Origin: Thermaerobacter subterraneus DSM 13965
GTDB taxonomy: Bacteria > Bacillota > Sulfobacillia > Thermaerobacterales > Thermaerobacteraceae
Assembly (NCBI RefSeq): GCF_000183545.2
Contig: NZ_JH976535.1
Coordinates: 773,890-797,889, forward strand
Length of the DNA stretch: 24,000 nt
Direction of reading: 5' to 3'
A program made the position numbers and the translations under genes. The notes under the pieces are model-generated. The model was not told the origin of the DNA. It saw only the letters and a program-made list of their open reading frames with translations, and searched no databases. Shown piece after piece: positions 7,570-13,917 of the stretch. The first letter of the stretch is position 1. Each line of letters begins with the position of its first letter.

Positions 7570-8527
7570 CTGAAACATCGTCATCTGTTTCAGGCAGCCG
7601 ATCCTTGCGGATCGGCGGTGCCGGTCTTACCCGGCGATGCGCCGGTGCCGGTTTCCCGCTTCCTCCGGGATCGCCTGCCTTGCGGCAGGTCTTCCATCCC
7701 GTCCACGGGCGTTTTCCGTCTCCGGACCACTCCCGGCGACGGCGGCCGCCAGGGCCGCGAGATTCCGGGCCGCGTTTTCGTCCCGATCCAGCACGAGCCC
7801 GCATTCCTCACAGCGGAAAACACGCTGCGAAAGCGGCAGCGACGGCTTGATCGCGCCGCACCGGGAGCAACGCTTGCTACTGGGATAGAAGCGCGGCGCT
7901 TCGACCAGGACCGCCCCGTGCCAGGCGCACTTGTATTGGAGCTGGCGGCGGATCTCCGCCATGGCCGCATCGGCCAGCGCCCGGGCGAGCCGGCGGTTCT
8001 GGACCATGCCCGCCACGTGCAGCTGTTCGACCACCACCACGCCATAGGTGGTCGCCAGGTGGTGCGTCAGCTTGTGAAGGGCGTCCTGGCGGATATTCCG
8101 GACCCGCGCATGGAGCCGGGCCAGCCGGCGGCGGGCCTTTTGCCACCCCCGGCTGCCCTTCTGGCGGCGGGCCAGGGCGCGGCTGGACCGGGCGACCTTC
8201 TGGAGGGCTTTTTCAAGGGGCCGCGGGTTCGGCCACACCTCGCCCGTCGAAAGGACCGCCAGGTGCCGCACCCCCGCGTCCACGCCCACCACCCGCCAGG
8301 GGAACCGGGGGCAGCCCGGCTGCCGCTCCACCTCGCAGGTGAAGCTGATGAACCACCGGCCGCCTTCCCGCGACACCGTGGCCGAGAGGATCCGGGCCGT
8401 CCCCGCCTGGATGCGCCGGAGCAGGGCCGTGGTCGGCTCGTGGGTCTTCACCCGCCCGATCCGGGGCAGGACGACGTGGCTTTGGTCGTCCACCCGGATC
8501 GCGCCGGTGGTGAACCGCACCGACTCC
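7563..8527 (-). repeat. direct repeat copy 1 (IS right end plus 3' two-thirds of tnpB)
   Basis: Aligns by hand to 12963-13917 at roughly nine-tenths identity in the stretches compared. The length difference of 10 nt is fully explained by a 9-nt hairpin-loop insertion here plus a 1-nt deletion in copy 2. Confidence 0.8.
7564..7740 (-). ncRNA. candidate TnpB omega-RNA (reRNA) scaffold, copy 1 (5' limit approximate)
   Basis: Four stem-loops lie between the tnpB 3' end and the element tip: 7569-7594, 7597-7616, 7631-7645 and 7674-7689. All are conserved in position in copy 2. The location overlaps the tnpB stop at 7627-7629, as in characterised TnpB systems. Confidence 0.4.
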
Positions 8528-8652
8528 AGCTCCCGCACCACGGCGGGGAACCAGCGGTGGGGCGGTCGGGTCGAACCGGGCCTCCGGCGGCCGGTACGGC
8601 GCGGGGCGGCACGGCGCGCCGGCCCTTGGGAGGCTGCTGGCCGACCCGTCAA
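7627..8652 (-). CDS. tnpB: RNA-guided endonuclease TnpB (IS605 OrfB family), 5'-truncated copy with an uninterrupted ORF
   Basis: RuvC-I VVGVDAGV, RuvC-II VVVVEQL, Zn-ribbon CSRCG...FRCEECG, RuvC-III DRDENAARN. It lacks the N-terminal LQAYRFALDPTP...FNWGL segment seen in copy 2. The TTG start at 8652 overlaps the TGA of the upstream 211-aa gene (TTGA). Confidence 0.8.
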   Translation of the reverse strand: MTGRPAASQGPARRAAPRRTGRRRPGSTRPPHRWFPAVVRELESVRFTTGAIRVDDQSHVVLPRIGRVKTHEPTTALLRRIQAGTARILSATVSREGGRWFISFTCEVERQPGCPRFPWRVVGVDAGVRHLAVLSTGEVWPNPRPLEKALQKVARSSRALARRQKGSRGWQKARRRLARLHARVRNIRQDALHKLTHHLATTYGVVVVEQLHVAGMVQNRRLARALADAAMAEIRRQLQYKCAWHGAVLVEAPRFYPSSKRCSRCGAIKPSLPLSQRVFRCEECGLVLDRDENAARNLAALAAAVAGSGPETENARGRDGRPAARQAIPEEAGNRHRRIAG

Positions 8653-9284
8653 AGGCGGGTGTGGACGTACCCCCGGGTTTCAAGCCAGTGGCCCACGGCA
8701 AAAAGGCCAACGGCGAGGACGCCCACAGCGGGTACCTTGCCCAGGTCACTCCAGCGATCGTACAGGCCGAGCTGAAAGATGCTCACGGGCAGGTTGGGCG
8801 CGGTCAACATGAAACCCACACAATACGTTACGTTGAAAAGTAGAGGGAGAAAAGTGTTTCGAACCACAAGGGCAAGGCAATAGGCTGCCGCGATGAGAGC
8901 CGCACTCTGGACGGCGACGGCGATAAAGAGCAGCCACAGGCGCCCAAAACGCGTCGAGAGATACAGGAACGAGACGGCGCACAAGGCGACGAACAGGACC
9001 CAACAGATGATCATCCTGGCGAAGAGGGCACTCCGGCGGCCGGCGTAGACGAGCAGCAGTTCCCGAGCCGGCGAGTCCACGTATTCCCGCAGGATCAGCA
9101 GGGGCCACCAGGGAGCGAAGACGGGAATCAACAACTGGCATACCGTCGCAACGATGCTTGGATCCTGACCTTCCGCGGTCGCCGCGAGCACGGTCAGAGG
9201 CGTCAACCCCACCACGATGGCGGGCGGCACCAGGCCGTAAAGGCCAAGATTCTTCATTTCGAGGTAAAAGGCCCGACTCAGCAT
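8649..9284 (-). CDS. six-TM membrane protein, probable ABC-2/BcrB-like permease component
   Basis: 211 aa with about six hydrophobic helices. ATG 9284 overlaps the ATPase stop (ATGCTGA), implying translational coupling. Confidence 0.7.
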   Translation of the reverse strand: MLSRAFYLEMKNLGLYGLVPPAIVVGLTPLTVLAATAEGQDPSIVATVCQLLIPVFAPWWPLLILREYVDSPARELLLVYAGRRSALFARMIICWVLFVALCAVSFLYLSTRFGRLWLLFIAVAVQSAALIAAAYCLALVVRNTFLPLLFNVTYCVGFMLTAPNLPVSIFQLGLYDRWSDLGKVPAVGVLAVGLFAVGHWLETRGYVHTRL

Positions 9285-10126
9285 AGCCCATGGATCAGCC
9301 CCATGTAGGCGTCCTCCAGTGTCGGCGCAACGGCGGGGAACCGCTGAGGCTGCCGTGTGACGACGCGGTGCTGCACGCGACCCGAGACCTCGGTGATTCG
9401 CACGGTGAAGTGAGGCCCGGCGATGTCCTGCGCATTCTCCGCATCGACCTGGTAGACCTTCCCCTCCGCCAGGCGGCGCAGTTCCTCGCAGCTGCCCTGG
9501 AACAGAACCTGTCCCCGGTCTAGGATGATGACCCTGTCACAACAGGCATCGACATCCTCCACCAGATGCGTCGAGAGGAGAATCGCCCGGCCTTGTTTAA
9601 TCGTGTTGACCAGGTTCTTGAACCGGGTCCGTTCGGCCGGGTCCAGACCCGCCGTCGGTTCGTCGAAGAGCAACAACCGGGGGCTACCCAGCAGGGCCTG
9701 GGCTATCCCGGCCCGCCGGATCATGCCGACCGACAGCGCCTTGACCCGATCGCCAGCCCGATCCGCCAGATTCACCGCTTCAAGCACCCTCTCGATTTCA
9801 CCGGCCAGCTGTTGCCGGGGTATGCCCTTCAGGGAACCTACGTAAGCCATCATCTCGTACAGGGTGAGTTCACGAAACATGCCATAGGTTTGGGGAAGAT
9901 ATCCCATTTCCTGATAGAACACCTTCGACTTTTCGATGGGCACGCCCTGGTAAAGCACCTGGCCCTGGTCGGGATGAATCAGGCCCACCATGCAGCGAAG
10001 CAAGGTCGTCTTCCCCGCGCCGTTCGGGCCTAACAGGCCGTAGACGCCCGCCTCCAGCCGGAGAGAGATGTTCTTCAGCACCTGTCGCCGTCCGAAACGC
10101 TTGCTCACCTGGTTGATCGCCATCAT
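9278..10126 (-). CDS. ABC transporter ATP-binding protein (ABC-2/exporter type)
   Basis: Walker A GPNGAGKTT, Q-loop LPQ, signature variant LSVGMIRR, Walker B LLLFDEPTAGLD, H-loop STH. The start overlaps the stop of the upstream gene (ATGA). Confidence 0.9.
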   Translation of the reverse strand: MMAINQVSKRFGRRQVLKNISLRLEAGVYGLLGPNGAGKTTLLRCMVGLIHPDQGQVLYQGVPIEKSKVFYQEMGYLPQTYGMFRELTLYEMMAYVGSLKGIPRQQLAGEIERVLEAVNLADRAGDRVKALSVGMIRRAGIAQALLGSPRLLLFDEPTAGLDPAERTRFKNLVNTIKQGRAILLSTHLVEDVDACCDRVIILDRGQVLFQGSCEELRRLAEGKVYQVDAENAQDIAGPHFTVRITEVSGRVQHRVVTRQPQRFPAVAPTLEDAYMGLIHGLC

Positions 10127-12204
10127 TCCCCGAGTTCCTCCCTCAAGGCCCGCTCGATGAAGTCAAGGGGTTCCCCACCTTCGCCGGAGGTCAGATGATC
10201 ATAAAACCTGCGACGGTGCTTCGTCTTTTGCGGCGATTCCAAAAACAGATAACGAGCTGCCTGGTCCAGGACCGTCGCCGCCAGCTCTTCCTGGCGCATG
10301 GACTCGGCGCTAGGGCCGGATTCTGTAGATGAAGCCGACTGCTGGCGCAGTCGCCGAACTTCCTGGATGTCAGACAAGATTTTGGCCGGGTCCAACCTTG
10401 CAGACGGATCGACCGGGGCACCCTCTGGGATCCCAACAAGGTAATCTACGTATTGGCTCACAAACCTAAAGTTTTCTGCAGACACTCCCGCTTGAAACTG
10501 GGTCATGATGATGCTACGGGCCAGTTCGGCGCCACTGCCGCATGATTGGGCCGTCACATGGTCGCTCATGATCACGACATCTTCCGTATTTGAATTGAGG
10601 CCAAAACTCCGCGGTACCTGAAAGAACTTCTTCTCAGAAAAACCCCGGATCAATGCCGGCATCGGCTGCTCAAGTTCCGTATAGACGCGGTCCAGGATAT
10701 GTTCGGCCCGGCGCAAGCACTCACGGGTAGGCCGGTCGTTGCGCGTGGGTTCTGCGTAGATTCCGTTCTCCACCTCGTCGTCAAGCCCAGCGAACAGCGA
10801 AAGGCCATTCGTACGACCGGCGAAGACGTTGTCGTGGCCGTCCAGATTCGAAAAGACCTTAAGGTTCGACCGCACTTTAACCGTGTATTCGCTTTCGTTA
10901 GATGACAAGTTGATCACGTATCCGTACCGGTCGGAGTCCCAGATCTTGAGTCGACCGGGTTTCGGGTAGTACGCAAAATACCCCGGCAGGGTGATGGCCT
11001 GGGCATTCGCATAGTATTTCGGTGACTTCCCATGGTACCGAAACGTGACGGTCCTCGCTCCAGCGAGTGGGCCCACGGTGACGTAGTCCCCATCGCGGAT
11101 AAAACGCACTTTGCCAGTTTCCGTGTGCACGTCCGTGATAATGTATCCGTGGTAAAGGGTGAAATCGTACCGGTCAAGATCAGGGTTGTCAAGGGTCACC
11201 CTGACCTCGGCACGCAACTCGTTGCTGATTGTGAACTTCATGTCATACGCCTCCACCTGAAATCCGGGCTCCAGTCGCTGGGAGTCTGGTTCGTCCTGCC
11301 CCATGTAGTAGATTGGATCCGCGTACGGAAACGACTGCATCCGCCGGTCCATCGCCAGGGTCGACCCGCGGTAGGAGAACAAAACGACGGCAACAGATGC
11401 CGTCACAATGGTTGCGGCGAGCAAGACATTCTTAACTTGACGACTACGGGCCGCGGTGTAACCGATTAAGGCGAGGGAAAAGACCATCCAAAAGAGAGCC
11501 AGACCCCACCGAACTGGTTCCAGTGGAAATCCATAGATGTCGGGAACGGCAAAGGCGTTGCCGATCTCATGGGGTACCAGGCGTACAAAGTCCTTAATGG
11601 AATAAAGCAGATTCTCGGTCCATGACGATCCAAAAAGAAGAAGGGGGATTCGGAAAGGAACCTCGGTGAACGTCGTGTTGAGAAGGATCAGGCCAACGGT
11701 TAGGCCATAAACCGCAAGCCGCCTCCCCCCGAAGACGGATCCAAACACGATACCGAGCAACCCGGCAATGAGAAAGGATAGCCATGAATACAGTATGCAT
11801 GTTTTAATGAGATGTATGAGCACTGGGTCGAAGTCCAAACCCGAAAGGGCATAAAACAATGCGCTCAACATTAGATAGAGGACGAAAGGAATTGTCGAGA
11901 TAACCAACAGACACCCGACGAGGCCAGCATACACCCTGGCTAGACCATACTTTGTCGTTTTGAAGGATTCGTCCAATGAGTGGTCGCGAAGGGTACGAGC
12001 CAGGTTATAAAAACAATAGATGAACAACGCCACAATAAAAATGTTAGGCTGGAAAACGGACTCTAACGCAGGGAATAGAGCTCGATGGCGCAAAAAGATT
12101 CGGAGATGATATCCCCAGTAGAGCGCCAGTGCTAGATGTGTAGTAATGAACAGGATGCTTCGATCTCTGGCACGCCAGAATATTCGAAACAAAGGAACAA
12201 TCAT
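10123..12204 (-). CDS. 693-aa polytopic membrane protein (permease-like, about 8 TM) fused to a ~400-aa soluble beta-rich plus helical domain
   Basis: GGAGG (12215-12219 on the minus strand) lies 10 nt upstream of ATG 12204. Residues 1-285 are hydrophobic helices. Residues 290-693 are hydrophilic (FQVEAYDMKFTISNELRAEVRVTLDNPDLDRYDFTLYHGYIITDV...). AT-richer codon usage than the host genes. Confidence 0.85.
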   Translation of the reverse strand: MIVPLFRIFWRARDRSILFITTHLALALYWGYHLRIFLRHRALFPALESVFQPNIFIVALFIYCFYNLARTLRDHSLDESFKTTKYGLARVYAGLVGCLLVISTIPFVLYLMLSALFYALSGLDFDPVLIHLIKTCILYSWLSFLIAGLLGIVFGSVFGGRRLAVYGLTVGLILLNTTFTEVPFRIPLLLFGSSWTENLLYSIKDFVRLVPHEIGNAFAVPDIYGFPLEPVRWGLALFWMVFSLALIGYTAARSRQVKNVLLAATIVTASVAVVLFSYRGSTLAMDRRMQSFPYADPIYYMGQDEPDSQRLEPGFQVEAYDMKFTISNELRAEVRVTLDNPDLDRYDFTLYHGYIITDVHTETGKVRFIRDGDYVTVGPLAGARTVTFRYHGKSPKYYANAQAITLPGYFAYYPKPGRLKIWDSDRYGYVINLSSNESEYTVKVRSNLKVFSNLDGHDNVFAGRTNGLSLFAGLDDEVENGIYAEPTRNDRPTRECLRRAEHILDRVYTELEQPMPALIRGFSEKKFFQVPRSFGLNSNTEDVVIMSDHVTAQSCGSGAELARSIIMTQFQAGVSAENFRFVSQYVDYLVGIPEGAPVDPSARLDPAKILSDIQEVRRLRQQSASSTESGPSAESMRQEELAATVLDQAARYLFLESPQKTKHRRRFYDHLTSGEGGEPLDFIERALREELGE

Positions 12205-12219
12205 GGATGCAAGGCCTCC

Positions 12220-12255
12220 AAAACCATAAACAGGGGCCCATACCCCTGTTTATGG
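12220..12255 (-). terminator. intrinsic terminator/attenuator hairpin between the small secreted-protein gene and the ABC genes
   Basis: On the minus strand: CCATAAACAGGGG-tatggg-CCCCTGTTTATGG (13-bp perfect stem, 6-nt loop) followed by TTTT, then the GGAGG of the next gene. Confidence 0.55.
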
Positions 12256-12280
12256 TGAGTCATTGTTAATTTAAAAGCAA

Positions 12281-12667
12281 CTAGTTCGACACTGTTCCCC
12301 TACCGATGCAATCGCTGTACCAATACATGCAATTCAGTTGAACACGCCACAGGAGGGCACCAGAACGCGAAGAACTTCCGTAGGCACCTGACCCGATGGC
12401 CATCAGCGACGTGCGTTCAGTCTGCCAACCTGTACCATCAGAGTACTGTAGGTCGATATACAACGGATGTCCGGAGGAAGAATAGTTGTAACCATCGTAT
12501 GATGCGCCGTAATTCGATGTAATCGCTGACGACCGCACACTGGTTTGTCCTGTGCTGATGTATACGGTCACTGAAGCAGCAAAGACAGTAACGGTAAGCG
12601 CTATAACGAAGATGAACGTCAACAGCAAGGCTACCGGCCTGACCCGCACGGAGAACAACGCTCTCAT
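12281..12667 (-). CDS. small secreted Ser/Gly/Tyr-rich protein (candidate secreted toxin/bacteriocin-like factor), family unknown
   Basis: GGAGGTG lies 6 nt upstream of ATG 12667. Sec-type signal: MRALFSVRVR, hydrophobic core, VFA|AS. The ~97-aa mature part has no Lys and a single Cys pair, CMYWYSDC. It is the first gene of the cassette. Confidence 0.7.
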   Translation of the reverse strand: MRALFSVRVRPVALLLTFIFVIALTVTVFAASVTVYISTGQTSVRSSAITSNYGASYDGYNYSSSGHPLYIDLQYSDGTGWQTERTSLMAIGSGAYGSSSRSGALLWRVQLNCMYWYSDCIGRGTVSN

Positions 12668-12692
12668 GCACCACCTCCGGGGTGTTAATGTG

Positions 12693-12956
12693 CTACCACT
12701 GGATAATTTCGGCAGGAAGGCTCCGTTTCCTTCTTAGAGAGGTCACTGGTGGCTCCCTTTCGCGTTGGATGTGACGGCTCGAAGCGAGGACGTGTACTGC
12801 TGACTGCTGGATGCAGGATGAGCGCACCTCCAGCCAGCCGCCGGGCCGCGATGGATGCCGTTCGTGGGCGGCGAGGGCGGCCAGCACGTCGTCCACCTCG
12901 CGGATGCACTGGGCCACCCCTCCGCAGGTTGCGCACGTGTAGGTGAACTCCGCCAC
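12693..12956 (-). CDS. hypothetical small ORF (possibly only an N-terminal remnant of the gene that flanked IS copy 2)
   Basis: GTG 12956 lies 7 nt from the IS right end. The N-terminus AEFTYTCATCGGVAQCIREVDDVLAALAAHERH is high-GC and protein-like. The C-terminal half runs into lower-GC promoter-region DNA and looks non-coding. Confidence 0.25.
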   Translation of the reverse strand: MAEFTYTCATCGGVAQCIREVDDVLAALAAHERHPSRPGGWLEVRSSCIQQSAVHVLASSRHIQREREPPVTSLRRKRSLPAEIIQW

Positions 12957-12962
12957 GCCGTA

Positions 12963-13917
12963 CCGTTACCTGAAACTGTTTCAGGCAGCCGATCCTCACG
13001 GATCGACGGTGCCGGTCTTACCCGGCCATGAGCCGGTGCCGGCTTTCCGTTTCCTCCGGGACCGCCTGCCGGGCGGCAGATCTTCCGCCCCGTCTACGGG
13101 CGTTTCACGTCTCCGGGCCACTCCCGGCGACGGCGGCCACCAAGGCCGCGAGATTCCGGGCCGCGTTTTCGTCCCGATCCAGCACGAGCCCGCATTCCTC
13201 ACAGCGGAAGGTGCGTTCCGAAAGTGGGAGCGATGCTTTCACCACCCCGCACCGGGAGCACCGCTTGCTGCTCGGGTAAAAGGGCGGTGCTTCGACCAGG
13301 ACCGCCCCGTGCCAGGGACACTTATACCTGAGCTGGCGGCGGATCTCCGCCAGGGCGGCATCGGCCAGCACCCGGGCCAGCCGCCGGTTCTTCATCATGC
13401 CCGCCGCATTCAGCTGTTCGACGACCACCACGCCGTAGGTGCTCGCGAGGTGGTGTGTCAGCTTGTGAAGGGCATCCTGGCGGAGATTCCGGGCTCGCGC
13501 ATGGATCTGGGCCAGCCGGCGGCGGGCCTTTTGCCACCCCCGGCTGCCCTTCTGGCGGCGGGCCAGGGCGCGGCTGGACCGGGCCAGCCGTTTTAAGTTC
13601 ATCTCCAGCGCTCGGGCATTGGGCAAGACCTCCCCGGTGGAGAGCACCGCCAGGTGCTTGACGCCCGCATCGACGCCGACGACCTTCCAGGGGAACCGGG
13701 GCCGGCCCGGCGGCCGCTCCACCTCACAGGTGAAGCTGACGAACCACCGGCCCCTTCCCGTGACACCGTGGCGGACAGGATGCGGGCCGTTCCCGCTTCG
13801 ATGCGCCGGAGCAGGGCCGTGGTGGGCTCGTGGGTCTTCACCCGCCCGATCCGGGGCAGGACGACGTGGCTTTGGTCGTCTACCCGGATCGCGCCGGTGG
13901 TGAACCGCACCGACTCC
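12963..13917 (-). repeat. direct repeat copy 2 (IS right end plus 3' two-thirds of tnpB)
   Basis: Partner of 7563-8527. High similarity stops abruptly after ...GTGGTGAACCGCACCGACTCC in both copies. Confidence 0.8.
12964..13135 (-). ncRNA. candidate TnpB omega-RNA (reRNA) scaffold, copy 2 (5' limit approximate)
   Basis: Stem-loops at 12969-12985, about 12989-13006, 13022-13036 and 13066-13079 match copy 1 in position, with different loop sequences. Confidence 0.4.

Noticed and set aside
8528-8648. High-GC segment between the tnpB repeat breakpoint and the cassette, considered as a separate feature or terminator
   Set aside because: In the tnpB frame it still encodes a diverged TnpB segment (…RWFPAVVRELESVRF). 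GC-rich imperfect hairpins are present but lack a U-run. It is best explained as the more divergent part of the truncated tnpB.
7549-8775. 408-aa plus-strand ORF, and its partner at 12943-13596
   Set aside because: Both are antisense to the two tnpB copies. They are conserved only because the tnpB DNA is repeated, and they have no protein-like features.
11557-11571. PHEIGN as a possible HEXXH zinc-peptidase motif in the 693-aa protein
   Set aside because: The fifth residue is Asn, not His, and the segment sits in the membrane-embedded half. It is not a metalloprotease site.
12281-12667. Assignment of the small secreted protein to the lactococcin-972 family, with the 693-aa protein as its 7-TM immunity partner
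   Set aside because: The gene order is reminiscent of that family. However, I can see no sequence similarity to lactococcin 972. The 693-aa protein also has all its TM helices at the N-terminus and a soluble C-terminus, unlike that immunity family. I kept it only as a generic analogy.
7569-13080. Repeated CTGAAAC...GTTTCAG hairpins and GGTGCCGG repeats as a possible CRISPR-like or REP array
   Set aside because: There are only two copies. Each sits at the terminus of a tnpB copy in identical context. They are IS ends, not an array.
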